Below, piece after piece: positions 1 to 13,423 of a DNA stretch of 64,000 bases; within the stretch, counting starts at the first letter, position 1; every line of letters begins with the position of its first letter. The notes under the pieces are model-generated. The model was not told where the DNA came from. It saw nothing but the letters and a program-made list of their open reading frames with translations, and did no database searches. Both the position numbers and the translations under genes were made by a program. The stretch is from Octopus vulgaris (lineage: Eukaryota), in contig OX597818.1 of the NCBI GenBank assembly GCA_951406725.2, positions 127,286,001 through 127,350,000 of the forward strand. Direction: 5' to 3'.

Positions 1-426
1 ATTTCTAAGAGTTATTTCTAAGAGTAATGTGTGTGTGCGCGCGTGCGCGCGTGCCTCTCTGTCAGTATGTCTGTCTGTCTGCCTGCTTGCCTGTTTGCCT
101 GTCTCTAAATCCGCCTGGAAAGAGAAAAATATATGTGTTTATGTCCCTTACCGAGTGATGCAAGAAACATAGAACTCTAAGGTCTCCAAAAGCAAAACCA
201 AAACATTAATACCAGATTCGATATAATGAACTAGAACTTTTTTCAAAGAACTGTGCCACATATAGCCAAGACGATTATTGAAACTTGTAATGGAATAAAA
301 GAGTTTATGTGTCTGTTTTTAGGAAGAATATTACACTTTTTATAATTCCTCTGAAAGCCAGGCTTATGACATTTAAAAATATTTTAGTTCCCCTGATATA
401 TGTTGTGCTATGCATCAAAATATATA

Positions 427-644
427 CAATAACCCCTCGCCATATCACGGTTCACCTATCGCGGTTTATTATTTAAGCTTACGTCGATTCCTCAGTGGTA
501 TCATTTTGCATTTATAATAAAATAAATATATACAGATTATTAAAACAATTTTAAAAAATATACAGTGCTGTTTCTACTTCGCGGATTTTCACTTATCGCG
601 GCAGGTTTCGGAACGTAACACGCGCGATAGTCGAGGGATTACTG
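427..644. mobile_element. pogo/Tigger-type MITE
   Basis: Imperfect TIRs caataacccctcgccatatcacg / cgcgatagtcgagggattactg, TA on both sides. Confidence 0.75.
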
Positions 645-877
645 TATTCTTAAAATCAATGATGAGCCGGCAAAAGCAGAAATATACAAATCCGCTACGG
701 TAATAGTTTAACTTAGGACTACTTTACAACACACGCACGAAACACACACATACACAAACATACATTCACGCGCGCGTGATCGCGGACACACAAATAGATA
801 GATAGATGAATATATACTTCAGCATGTGTGTGAACTTGTACATAATGCGCATGCGCATATATGTATATATGCATATA

Positions 878-1292
878 TACTCTTTTACTCTCTTTTACTT
901 GTTTCAGTCATTTGACTGCGGCCATGCTGGAGCACCACCTTTAGTCGAGCAAATCGACCCCGGGACTTATTCTTTGTAAGCCCAGTACTTATTCAATCGG
1001 TCTCTTTTGCCGAACCGCTAAGTGACGGGGACGTAAACACACCAGCATCGGTTGTCAAGCAATGCTAGCGGGACAAACACAGACACATAAACATATACAT
1101 ATACATACATACATAAATATACATATATACGACAGGCTTCTTTCAGTTTCCGTCTACCAAATCCACTCACAAGGCATTGGTCGGCCCGAGGCTATAGCAG
1201 AAGACACTTGCCCAAGATGCCACGCAGTGGGACTGAACCCAGAACCATGTGGTTGGTAGGCAAGCTACTTACCACACAGCCACTCCTGCGCC
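878..1292 (-). mobile_element. tRNA-derived SINE family A, full length
   Basis: Head ggcgcaggagtggctgtgtggtaag with B-box ggttc; internal (TA/TG)n; tail (aaaagagt)n; many near-identical copies in window. Confidence 0.9.

Positions 1293-1296
<4 letters not shown>

Positions 1297-1372
<76 letters not shown>
1297..1372. repeat. (TA)n microsatellite
   Basis: Direct reading. Confidence 0.95.
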
Positions 1373-1376
<4 letters not shown>

Positions 1377-1785
1377 TATATACATATATATTCAGATTAT
1401 GCAATGTGTATGTATATTTTTAAGTATCTGTATTTATGTATACATACATATGTACATGCATATTCAAAGTGACATACATAGACATGCAAATATATACATT
1501 TACATACATTTTTCGACCTCCCTTGAATGTGTATACCATATCCTTTATCACTCGTTCTTGCTCTGTCATCATGTCTATATTATTCACTTAGCCTTTTGGG
1601 ATTTCACATTTAGTTATCATCTTGTATATTTATAGAGTTCGTTGAACTTGCAAATAGCAACTTCATCTAGAGTTAGCTGTATGTGACGGGGGGTGTTATT
1701 CAAGTGCATTTTCAAATGCATATTCAGGTCTTCAGAGAAATATGCGTGTCCGGGTGGTTGTTTTTTCTATGTATGTATGTATAGG

Positions 1786-1927
<142 letters not shown>

Positions 1928-2078
1928 GAAGTGATGTAGGTATATCACAAAGAGAGACAGAGAGAGAATCAGACAGACAGAAAAAACGTTGTGAAACTAA
2001 AAGAGTCGCAAGAAAAAAAAACCCAACAAAGATTTGCGAATTTCTTGACCTAGGGTTCACACACAAACACACACACAC

Positions 2079-2132
<54 letters not shown>

Positions 2133-2349
2133 GCACACACAAATATATATATGTATACTTAAAAGTTTGTTGGTTATAACTAGTCAGAGAGTATTTTCTC
2201 CTCTTTAAGGTATAGGTGACTCGTCTAAGAATGTTATAGGTGCGAAAGCAATGGTCACTTTCTGACCGACCCACAACTAACAAACTTTTGAATATTACTG
2301 GTCTAACTTTAGAGTGTGTTTCTTTTCGGATTTATGCACTACTGACCGG

Positions 2350-2742
2350 TATATATATGCATATAAATATACATATATATGCATATACAAATACATATAT
2401 ATACATATACATATACATATATATATACATATATACATATACATATATATACATATATATATACATATATACATATACATATACATACATATACTTATAC
2501 ATATACATATATATACATATACATATATATATATATACATATATATACATATATATATATACATATATATACATATACATATATATATACATATATATAT
2601 ATACATATACATATATATACATACATATACATATATATACATACATATATATACATATACATACATATATATACATATACATACATAAACATATACATAC
2701 ATATATATATATATACATATACATACATATATATACATATAC

Positions 2743-2775
<33 letters not shown>

Positions 2776-2776
2776 C

Positions 2777-2809
<33 letters not shown>

Positions 2810-2920
2810 CATATATATATACATATATATATTTATATATACATATATACATATATATATATACATATATACATATATATATATATACATATATACATAT
2901 ATATATATATACATATATAC

Positions 2921-2951
<31 letters not shown>

Positions 2952-2980
2952 CATATATACATATATATATATACATATAT

Positions 2981-3020
<40 letters not shown>
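2350..3020. repeat. Long degenerate TA/CATA simple repeat
   Basis: Source of the spurious YI/HI-rich ORFs. Confidence 0.95.
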
Positions 3021-3024
<4 letters not shown>

Positions 3025-3482
3025 AATAGAAATATTAAAATTACCAAGTCTCTCTAAAGGAGATTACGGCAGCGTTACTGGATATTAATAGTTATCGCCA
3101 TACTAATATGGCAGTCCATAAATATAAGACTAGAGCTGTCGCTGATTAGCTCCAAGAGGCCATCGCCTCTAGCTAGCTATATGACACACGAACCTGCGTC
3201 CATTACAACCTTCGAACAGGAGATCGTTTCCACCAGGTAAAGAAAAGCTATAAGAAGGATCAAATTGAGCGGGTATAGAGGCAATTAGGCGAATAAACTA
3301 ATTAGATACATTAAATATATTAAATTTATTAAATATAATAGTTTGGTAATGAAAACCCAAATATGTATATATGTATACATGCAAAATGAGAATAGGCAAA
3401 AAGGTGAAAACTTTCAGATGATGAATTTTTAAGGATAACTATATAGACATTTATATCAATAGGTCCAGCTTACTCAGAATAC

Positions 3483-4048
3483 ACACGACAGAGTTTCCAT
3501 CTTATCAAATCCACTCACAAAGCTTTAGTCGGCTAGAGGCTATAGTATAAAGCACTTGCCCAAGATGGATGGATGGATGGATGGATGGATGGATGGATGG
3601 AAGCACTCCGTCGGTTACGACGATGAGGGTTCCGGTTGATCCGAATCAACGGAACAGCCTGCTCGTGAAATTAACGTGTAAGTGGCTGAGCACTCCACAG
3701 ATACGTGTACCCTTAACGTAGTTCTCGGGGGACATTCAGCGTGATACAGAGAGTGACAAGGCCGGCCCCTTGAAATACAGGTACAACAGAAACAGGAAGT
3801 AAGAGTGAGAGAAAGTTGTGGTGAAAGAGTACAACAGGGATCACCACCATCCCCTGCCGGAGCCTCGTGGAGCTTTTAGGTGTTTTCGCTCGATAAACAC
3901 TCACAACGCCCGGTCTGGGAATCGAAACCGTGATCCTATGACCGCGAGTCCACTGCCCTAACCACTGGGCCATTACCACACAGTGGGACTGAACCTGGAA
4001 CCGTGTTGCCGGGAAGCAAACTTCTTACCACAAAGTCACGCCTGTGCC
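3483..4048 (-). mobile_element. Diverged SINE A 5' half, split by a SINE B insertion
   Basis: gcacttgcccaagat (to 3566) resumes as ccacacagtgggactgaacc (from about 3976). Confidence 0.8.
3564..3975 (-). mobile_element. tRNA-derived SINE family B with (TCCA)n tail
   Basis: Head tggcccagtggttaggg...ggtttcgattccc; 3' end ccgacggagtgcttcca(tcca)n. Confidence 0.9.
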
Positions 4049-4110
4049 TATTTTCAACAGATAGGTTTCTTTTATTGATATATATATATAGTTAAAGGTT
4101 ATATACTTAC

Positions 4111-4156
4111 GTCAATATTCCTGAGATAATGTCCACCACTGTCCCCGACCTGAAAA
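4111..4156 (-). CDS. LBP/BPI: LBP/BPI exon (exon 12 equivalent), 46 nt, phase 2->0
   Basis: Acceptor ataatttcag, donor gtaagt; (S)FQVGDSGGHYLRNID; phases fit, sequence similarity weak. Confidence 0.7.
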
Positions 4157-4516
4157 CTGAAATTATAGCAAACATTAGAGGAGATCATTTGGTTTTCATG
4201 AGGTTTGTCTTCTGGAAATCTTGACACTTGATTGATCAAGCAGATTTATGATGAAAAGTATTTCAGTCAACTATTTTGTATCAGCAATATTCTGTCAAGG
4301 ACTGTATTAAACAATGCTGGCTCACCCTTTTTCAGGCGGTAAAATGGTTGTTGTTGTTGTTGTTAATGGTAACTTTGGCTGCTATTTTTAGCAAGTCGAT
4401 CGACCACGAAAAGGCTCGCTTGTTGACTCAAGAAAGTATATATTTATCAGTCATGTGTCTAAATGTGAAACAGTTAGTATTAACTTTTAACGATTGTAAT
4501 TGTTGTTATTGTTCTA

Positions 4517-4723
4517 GCAGACACGTTAGCGCGCCGGCGAAATGTTTAGCGATATTTCGTCTGCTGCTACGTTCTGAGTTCAAATTCCGCCGAGGTCGAC
4601 TTTGCCTTTCATCCTTTCGGGGTCGATAAATTAAGTACCAGTTTCGCACTGGGGTCGATGTAATCGACTTAATCTCTTTGTTTGTCCACTCTATGTTTAG
4701 CCCCTTGTGGGCAATAAAGAAAT
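4517..4723 (+). mobile_element. SINE family C
   Basis: gttagcgcgccgg...gagttcaaattcc...gcctttcatcctttcggggtcgataaattaagtacc...ccccttgtgggcaataaagaaa. Confidence 0.85.
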
Positions 4724-5009
4724 ATATTGTTGTTGTTGTTGTTATTACAAGAATAGCGAGCTGACAGAATCGTTAGAGCGTTGGAAAAAAATCTTTACAT
4801 TATTTTTTCGAGTCATTACAGTTTGAATTCAAATCCTACTGAAATCAACTTTACCATTTATCCTCTCAGTGTCTGTAAAAGAAACGCCAGTCATGTACAT
4901 CGATGGCATCGAATAATACCCACTTCTCGAAATGGCTAGTTTGGTACTTAAATTAGAAAACATTTGGACCCTATTGGCTATAAAAGAAGCCGTTGTTATC
5001 ATTTGGAAA

Positions 5010-5190
5010 TGGAGGTGCGTAGTTTAGTGGTTAGGGTGTTGGACTCATGATCGTAAGACTGTGGTTTCGATGCCTGCACTAGGTGTCACATTGTGTTCTT
5101 TAGCAAAACACTTTATTTCATGTTGCTCCAGTCCACTCAGCTGGCAAAAATTAGTAATCCTGTGACGGACCAGCGTACCGTCCAGGTGGG
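5010..5190 (+). mobile_element. Diverged tRNA-head SINE related to family B
   Basis: tagtttagtggttagggtg...ggtttcgatgcc...gcaaaacactttatttcatgttgctccagtccactcagctgg. Confidence 0.7.
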
Positions 5191-5269
5191 AAATGACAAC
5201 AGTTTTCAAGTGGATAGCTTCTCGATGTAATATAATCTTTCAGTTATAAAATATTTAAAAGGAACTTAC

Positions 5270-5337
5270 CTCATTGAATGAACTTTGTAAAATAACTGAC
5301 TGGAATTCACTAAAGCTTTCACGTTGCCATGCAGTTC
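5270..5337 (-). CDS. LBP/BPI: LBP/BPI exon (exon 11 equivalent), 68 nt, phase 0->2
   Basis: Acceptor tcatcacctttag, donor gtaagt; ELHGNVKALVNSSQLFYKVHSM; size and phases as expected. Confidence 0.85.
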
Positions 5338-5554
5338 CTAAAGGTGATGAACATACAGTATATTATATACATGCAAAGGAAAAAGCAATGTGCATTATTA
5401 AGATTAACTTGACAGTTAGGCAGTGCAGTAGGTAACGAACCACCCTTGCAGTCTACAGGAAATTAGTGGGATTAGTGATGTAATTGATGTAACATCAGAT
5501 GCCGGAGAAGAACATTTGGGCAGTCTATTCCAGAGGAGTTTCAATTTGGAGACA

Positions 5555-5866
5555 ATGGTACTTATCTTATAGACTCCGGCGGAATATGAACTCAGAGTGT
5601 AAGGACGGACGAAATGCGGCTAAACATTTTACCCGGCGTGCTAACGATTCTGTTAGCTCGCTGCCTTCTTAATAATAATCCTTTCTACAATAGTTACAAG
5701 GCCTGAAATTTGGGGGATGGGGCCAGTCGATTAGATCGACCCCAGTACGTAACTAGTGCTTAACTTATCGACCCCAAGAGTATGAAAGACAAAGTCGACC
5801 TCAGCGGAATTTGAACTCAAGTAGTAGCGACGGGCGAAATACTGCTAAGCATTTTGTCCGGCGTAT
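5555..5866 (-). mobile_element. Two diverged SINE C-related copies
   Basis: Repeated ggaatttgaactc / aagtcgacctc motifs. Confidence 0.7.
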
Positions 5867-5968
5867 TACAATAAATTCCTCAGGTCTTTCGGATACTTAT
5901 GCTTCGAAAACAAAATATAGAATTAATAAGGTTATGTCGTAATCATCATCGTAATGTCATACTATATT

Positions 5969-6352
5969 TGGAAGCACTCCGTCGGTTACGACGATGAGGG
6001 TTCCGGTTGATCCGAATCAACGGAACAGCCTGCTCGTGAAATTAACGTGTAAGTAGCTGAGCACTCCACAGACACGTGCACCCTTAACGTAGTTCTCGGG
6101 GATATTCAGCGTGACACAGAGAGTGACAAAGCCGGCCCTTTGAAATACAGGTACAACAGAAACAGGAAGTAAGAGTGAGAGAAAGTTGTGGTGAAAGAGT
6201 ACAGCAGGGATCACCACCATCCCCTGCCGGAGCCTCGTGGAGGTTTTAGTTGTTTTCGCTCAATAAACACTCACAACGCCCGGTCTGGGAATCGAAACTG
6301 CAATCCTATGACCGCGAGTCCGCTGCCCTAACCACTGGGCCATTGCGCCTCC
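5969..6352 (-). mobile_element. SINE B, full length
   Basis: Near-identical to 3601-3975; flanked by catactatat duplication. Confidence 0.9.
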
Positions 6353-6789
6353 ACGCCATACTATATATTTAGTATCACAATGAGTTCTGCTGAAATTGAA
6401 GGAAGTATAAATTTCTCTCAAATCTCGGTGGACGTCCAAGGCGCAGTAGCAATTAAAGTTAAAAACGGATGAGAGATATATCTCCACTTATATAGACCGT
6501 TAATCTGTTCATCTTACATAGTATTGCTATATTGTGTTGTATTTATTTTTAACTATTGGGACTGAGGCACTGTATACTAGTAAAAAAAAATTGCCTCAAC
6601 ATTTTAAAACCAAACTACAAAGGCATGAATTCATGGATTGTTTTTACATTTGAGGACACTGAAATATTTAAGATAGTAGAGTTGTGTTGCTAGTGTCCTT
6701 ATTGCGATTGAAGGTCAAGTTACTTCAGACAGGAATTGAAACGGACGTATGAAAAAGAAATTTATTAATTATCATAATAAATAACCTAC

Positions 6790-6957
6790 CACTCTTATCC
6801 CAAATGCATCGACGTGTGATGAGTTCTGTAGATGGACGAGAAATCGAAGGAGACCATTAATGTTCAATTCAATGTTTTCTGATTGGAAATGTATCTTTGG
6901 TCTACTAATGGCGGATATTTCTACCGTTGTTTCACTGTTCGGAAATGATTCGCCAAT
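6790..6957 (-). CDS. LBP/BPI: LBP/BPI exon (exon 10 equivalent), 168 nt, phase 0->0
   Basis: Acceptor ttcatttgctttag, donor gtaggt; IGESFPNSETTVEISAISRPKI...NSSHVDAFGIRV (FPN, P, NSS, F motifs). Confidence 0.92.
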
Positions 6958-7109
6958 CTAAAGCAAATGAAAAGAACAGAATGCATAAATAAATAAATTA
7001 GCACGATCACGCAGCTTTAAGTGTATTGATTTTTATAGCGGAAACAGCTGGAAGCCAATGAAGTTGATTATGTAATTTCTGCTCCCTTGTCATTCAATGA
7101 ATTCTCGTA

Positions 7110-7529
7110 TATGCTCTTTGCTCTTTGCTCTTTTGCTCTTTTGCTTGTTTCAGTCATTTGACTGCGGCCATGCTGGAGCACCGCCTTTTAATCGAGCAAC
7201 TCGACCCCGGGACTTATTCTTTTGTAAGCCCAGTACTTATTCTATCGGACTATTTTGCCGAACAGCTAAGTGACGGGTGACATAAACACACCAGCATCGG
7301 TTGTCAAGCAATGCTAGGGGGACAAACACAGACACACAAACACACACGCACATATATATATACATATATACGACGGGCTTCTTTCAGTTTCCGTCTACCA
7401 AATCCACTCACAAGGCTTTGGCCAGCCAGAGGCTATAGTAGAAGACACTTGCCCAAGGTGCCACGCAGTGGGACTGAACCCTGAACCATGTGGTTGGTAA
7501 ACAAGCTACTTACCACACAGCCACTCCTG
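7110..7529 (-). mobile_element. SINE A
   Basis: Family match; tail variant (aaagagc)n. Confidence 0.9.
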
Positions 7530-8377
7530 CTAATATATATATATTACATAATTATATTACATAATTATATTATTTTTATATTTTTACTTAGAAATAATGT
7601 TTTGATCTTAAGAAGAATAACGGGAAGATTCCAAGACACGTTGATGAAACAATACAATGAGCTGTTCCCGTTCTGATCCTGCCAGATCGTCAGTATGTAA
7701 AAATAACATTTCGATGGACAGCAATAAGGAGAAGATAGGAGAGTTTGTAAGCCACATAAATCTTTCAAAAGACCTTGAAGGCCGTCAAAGACGCTGTGAG
7801 AAAAAAAAACCCACTTAACAAATCGAGAAAAATTGAAAACTGTCACCAACGACGCAATAATACGCTGGCTTAACTCATTTATTTATACATAATTTTCAGT
7901 ATATTTTATTATTTAACTGTTCACAGATTTTGCTTAGCTCTGCTTCAAGATATCGGAAACTATCAAGACATTAATTTTTATTTATTGATATAATACTTCA
8001 TGGCAAGATTTAATTTAAATATATACATTTTATAAATACTAGCACCCCCGCCTTGCGAAGGAAATGTGTTCATAAAAATCTTGCCGCAACGTGCTTTAAA
8101 TGATATTAAAACTAAACTACATCAAATATACTCTTACCCAAAATTAGTGTCTTGAACATTGGTTAGAAATCAAAATTTTAATTCCACTAATTTCTGTTCA
8201 CCACGGGGGTTAAGGTGGATCAAATAAGCATTCCTTGAATACTGGAATCAATTTAATTAAGTGTGGCCCCACTCATAAAAAAGTTGTACACTTGTACTTT
8301 ACTGAAAGAAATATTCAGTAATTTAACAAATGAAAAACAAATATTAAAAACAACAACAAAAAGAACTGTTTCCAAAC

Positions 8378-8455
8378 CTGTGGAATGAGTTTTCCGATAC
8401 AAATTGTCTCTTCTGAGCATGTCGTCATCAAGAGTTCGCTTTGTGCTGCCGGCAG
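8378..8455 (-). CDS. LBP/BPI: LBP/BPI exon (exon 9 equivalent), 78 nt, phase 0->0
   Basis: Acceptor ttcatcattcag, donor gtttgg (weaker); LPAAQSELLMTTCSEETICIGKLIPQ has the TTC...CIG.L.PQ motif of invertebrate LBP/BPIs. Confidence 0.9.
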
Positions 8456-8516
8456 CTGAATGATGAAAGAATACATTTGAATCGCTTTTAATAAGTTTGC
8501 ATTATTATTGTACTGA

Positions 8517-8812
8517 AGGCGCGTGGCTGAGTGGCTAGGGTATTCGGCTCACGATCATGAAGTCATGAGTTCAATACCTGGTGGTGCGTTGTGCCCTTGG
8601 CAAGACGCTTTAGTTCGCGTTGCAAAAATGAGTAGTACCTGTATTTCAAAGGGCCACCCTTATCACATTCTGTGTCACGCTGAATCTCCTCGAGAACTAC
8701 ATGTAGTGGAGTACTCAGCTACTTGCATGCTAGTCTCACGAGCAGGCTGTTCCATTAATCGGATCAACTGGAACCCGCATCGCCGTAGCCGACGGAGTGC
8801 CACACCATCTCC
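8517..8812 (+). mobile_element. Diverged SINE B-related copy
   Basis: ggcgcgtggctgagtggctagg head; ccgacggagtgcca end. Confidence 0.75.
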
Positions 8813-9083
8813 ATTATAATTATAACAAGTTTTGAAGTAGATTTTAACAGAAATGGTAAATATGATGTGCACTAAATTGGCACTGACAACGAGTGACGAG
8901 CTCAATGAAAGCGTCAAAACACAAACTATTATTGGTTCAGTCGGAAACTTAGGGGCCTGAAGGCGATAGATACAGAGATCGACCTTCAGCCTGTCTGTTG
9001 TCCCTCTTCTGTCTCAAATGAATGATTAAAACATCTTGGCATATAACAAGCTTATAATCACACACACACACACACACACACAC

Positions 9084-9116
<33 letters not shown>

Positions 9117-9431
9117 CACACACACACACACACACACACTCTTTCATGTACAGTTATACACGCGAAAGGGAGAGAAATACTGGAAATATATAAATTAGCA
9201 CAAGCTTGGCTTATGTAATAATGGGATTCAATTCGTAACGATACAGTTCCAGGTTAAATCCGAGTGCACAGAATCTTGGGCATGTGATGTGTCTGCTACT
9301 GTAGCTCCGGGTTTGCTTTTTTCTATCTTGGTCAAAATCTGTCTGCATCTGTTCGCTTCAGTTAGCAACGTCTTCCCAAACACAAGTATTTTGATACCAT
9401 ATTGATATTTCTTCCCCTACCCTTTAACATA

Positions 9432-9667
9432 TACTCTTTTACTCTTTTTTTTTTTTTACTCTTTTTGTTTTGTTTCAGTCATTTGACTGCGGCCATGCTG
9501 GAGCACCGCCTTTAGTCGAGCAAATCGACCCCGGGACTTATTCTTTGTAAGCCCAGTACTTATTCTATCGGTCTCTTTTGCCGAACCGCTAAGTGACGGG
9601 GACGTAAACACACCAGCATCGGTTGTCAAGCAATGCTAGGGGGACAAACACACACACACAAACATAC

Positions 9668-9702
<35 letters not shown>

Positions 9703-9803
9703 CATATATACGACAGGCTTCTTTCAGTTTCCGTCTACCAAATCCACTCACAAGGCATTGGTCGGCCCGGGGCTATAGCAGAAGACACTTGCCCAAGATG
9801 CCA
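9432..9803 (-). mobile_element. SINE A, 5' truncated
   Basis: Family match ends at gcccaagatgccac. Confidence 0.9.
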
Positions 9804-9842
9804 CTCTGTATTTTTCTTTTCTCTCCAACCCACTTCTCAACC

Positions 9843-9905
<63 letters not shown>

Positions 9906-10087
9906 AATCACCTACCTATGTATATATCTATCGGATCAATCTCTTTTTTTTCTCTTTCACCTTTCTTAACAAAACCAGTGCATTTTCCCTCTAGTATGTA
10001 CGAAGATGAAAAACCATTCAACAAAGACATTTAACATGTAACTTGACGTTATGATGATTTTGATTTTGATTTTTCCAGTTTCAGCTA

Positions 10088-10149
<62 letters not shown>

Positions 10150-11098
10150 GGTTTTTAATTATGAAATGTCACACGCAATTGTATGCATATGCAAATCTAT
10201 ATGCATTTTGTTAGATGGCTATATTACATTTGAATTTTTTAAAATTCTATATCACTGGACTCATTGTTGGTCGTCTAGAAAAAAATTCAATTTTCGAAGC
10301 AATTTTTGAGCTAGTTACTAACTACGTCAGAGAACTATGACGGCCTTGTACTAAGGCAAAACTAAAAAAACCTGTGTGTCTTTCATTGGATATTTAAAGC
10401 ATAATAGGACATTTGTAAGAGAAAAATATTAAATAAAATTTAAATATTGCATGAAGGTCATCAATTTTACTGTCCTTCACACCTTACATTTGTGGCTGTG
10501 AGTGAATGCTCAAGAATTTTCGTATGCATACTTATACACACTCTCACACATATTAGGTATCATCTTTACGCGGTTTCCTTATTTCCTTATTATAATTTCA
10601 TTTGATGATATAGCGAGACTCCTGCTGAGTATTGAAAGATCGCTCTCAGTTTTTCCCCACTCAAGACTACTTTCTACCGTACTGCCACAATAGTTAATGT
10701 GTTTCCATAAAAGGTAATATGGCTCAACAACTGAGCATTGGCTATCTAGTTATGATTGATGTAATGAACTTCAGATTATGTGTGCAAGTTTTTCTGCCAT
10801 ATAGCTTGGTCGACGGTTCTGGAAATTTTAGCTTACGATTATAAAATATATTCTTCCACCTGAAACTGCAATTAAGACTTGGAATGCAGGTTATGATTCA
10901 GAGATATACTTCTTATTAGAAAATCTAAAATATATTTAACATTGTTAATTCTGATTTCAAAATTTTTGCCATGAAACGTAAACAGACGTAAATATATCTT
11001 CATATACTCTTCAGTACAGAGAAAAATAAGTCAATCTCCGATATATTTACATGTTTACGCTTCACAACGAATATTTTTAAAAAAACTGTATGTTCAAC

Positions 11099-11508
11099 TA
11101 CTCTCTTTTTTCTCTTTTTTATTGTTTCAGTCATTTGACTGCGGCCATGCTGGAGCACCGCCTTTAGTCGAGCAAATCGACCCCGGGACTTATTCTTTGT
11201 AAGCTCAGTACTTATTCTATCGGTCTCTTTTGCCGAACCGCTAAGTGACGGGAACGTAAACACACCAGCATCGGTTGTCAAGCAATGCTAGGGGACAAAC
11301 ACAGACACACAAACACACACATATATACATATATATACATATATACGACAGGCTTCTTTCAGTTTCCGTCTACCAAATCCACTCACAAGGCATTGGTCGG
11401 CCCGGGGCTATAGCAGAAGACACTTGCCCAAGGTGCCACGCAGTGGGACTGAACCCGGAACCATGTGGCTGGTACGTAAGCTACTTACCACACAGCCACT
11501 CCTGCGCC
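11099..11508 (-). mobile_element. SINE A, full length (older partial copy follows at about 11550-11760)
   Basis: Family match. Confidence 0.9.
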
Positions 11509-11834
11509 TACATTTAATTTATTAATAGAAGCCATGCACATTTTATTCTTTCCTTTTACATGTTTCAGTCACTGGACTGCGCCCATGCTGAGGAATTACC
11601 TTGAAGAATTGTTAGTTGATCAAATCGACACTATTATTTTGAGTCCGGTACTTATTTTATTGGTCACTTTTTGATTGACCCATTAACTTACGGAGACGTA
11701 AACAAACCACCACATGTCAAGCGGACAGCGGAAAACACAAACATGCACACATGCAAACATACATCTTCGTGTGTGTGTCCGTGTGTCCTTATGCATACAT
11801 ATATATATATATACACATACATACATATGATATG

Positions 11835-11987
<153 letters not shown>

Positions 11988-12014
11988 TTTATTTTAAGCA
12001 GCAGAAAATTCAAC

Positions 12015-12061
12015 AAAATCTGTTACTCTGAGTTTCTCGTTGCCGTTCATCAGACAGTTTT
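12015..12061 (-). ncRNA. Minimal type I hammerhead ribozyme motif (Penelope-like repeat remnant)
   Basis: Minus strand: aaaactgt CTGATGA a-cg-gcaa-cg-a GAAA ctc-a-gag TA acagatttt; stems I and III pair, GUA cleavage triplet. Confidence 0.7.
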
Positions 12062-12068
12062 TGCTAGA

Positions 12069-12141
<73 letters not shown>

Positions 12142-12501
12142 TATATATGTGCGTGTGCGTCTAGACACAAACATACATATGAGTGTACGAGTATGTTTTC
12201 TTCTGTGTGCGTATGTATGTGCATACACATATTCGCTACATATATACACATATAAGACTTACAAGATATCCACCTCATGTAAGACACAGTCAAACTGTCG
12301 CCAGAAGGGAGGGGACTAGATCACATGATAGCTTACAAATTGTTGTTGCTGTATAGAAAAAGGGAATCGCAAAAGAATAAGACTGCTAGTCAGCTAAGGG
12401 CCTATGTCCGCAGGACATGTCGACATGCTGGAGGCGGTTTGTTTGTAAGGGTGCATGAAATGCTTATTGTGACATTACTGAACAGGTAAACTGAGCTCAT
12501 A

Positions 12502-12848
12502 ATGGTGGTGGTGGTTGTGATGGTGATGGTGATGGTGATGGTGATGATGATGATGATGATGATGTTGATGATGATGATAATGAGGAGGAAGGGGATCGTG
12601 TTGGCGTTCATGGAGTGGTGATGGTGACGATTGTGTCGGTGGTGGTGGTGGTGGTGGATTTTCGTGATCATAGTGGTAGCTGTGATGGTAGTGGCAGTGG
12701 CAGTTGTGATGGTATTGATGATGGTCATAATATGGTGATGAAGATAGTCGGGGCTTTCGTGGGGATGTTGATGGTAGCGGTGGTGGTGGTGGTGGTGTGG
12801 TTGCGGTTTTAGTGATGGTGGTTGGAGTGGTGGTAGTGGTGGTGGTTG
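12502..12848. repeat. Degenerate (GGT/GAT)n trinucleotide tract
   Basis: Gives the His/Thr/Ile-rich spurious ORF. Confidence 0.9.
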
Positions 12849-13041
12849 TCGTCTCAGGTTTCGTCTGACCCAGGGAAATGGCAATTGTCTGGGTCCCAGT
12901 TATGGGTTAACTACCTTGTAATAGAATTGCCTCCGGAAGGTCACTCACAGACACCTAAACGGACCCAGAGCAGGTGAAGCTCTGCAGTTCTTTACATGCC
13001 CCTTTAAGAGAAGGAGCTCCTGGCACTTGTTATACCAGACC

Positions 13042-13423
13042 GGAGGCGCAATGGCCCAATGGTTAGGGCAGCGGACTCGCGGTCGTAGGATCGCGGTTTC
13101 GATTCCCAGACCGGGCGTTGTGAGTGTTTATTGAGCGAAAACACCTAAAGCTCCACGAGGCTCCGGCAGGGATGGTGGCGATCCCTGCTGTACTCTTTCA
13201 CCACAACTTTCTCTCACTCTTACTTCCTGTTTCTGTTGTACCTGTATTTCAAAGGGCCGGCCTTGTCCCTCTCTGTGTCACGCTGAATATCCCCGAGAAC
13301 TATGTTAAGGGTACACGTGTCTGTGGAGTGCTCAGCCACTTGCACGTTAATTTCACGAGCAGGCTGTTCCGTTGATTCGGATCAACCGGAACCCTCGTCG
13401 TCGTAACCGACGGAGTGCTTCCA
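13042..13423 (+). mobile_element. SINE B, full length with TSD
   Basis: TSD ataccagacc on both sides. Confidence 0.92.

Noticed and set aside
152-283. Possible further minus-strand exon (donor gtaagg, open frame FNNRLGYMWH...)
   Set aside because: Phase 2->2 is incompatible with the preceding phase-0 exon, weak AAG acceptor, no BPI similarity
2240-3088. 282-aa ORF and the many other YI/HT/VC/LSIY-rich ORFs
   Set aside because: Translations of stop-free microsatellites
12402-12884. His/Thr/Ile-rich 160-aa ORF
   Set aside because: Trinucleotide simple repeat
13042-13115. tRNA-like sequence (also 15780 and the SINE A heads)
   Set aside because: Continues into SINE bodies with TSDs; SINE heads, not tRNA genes
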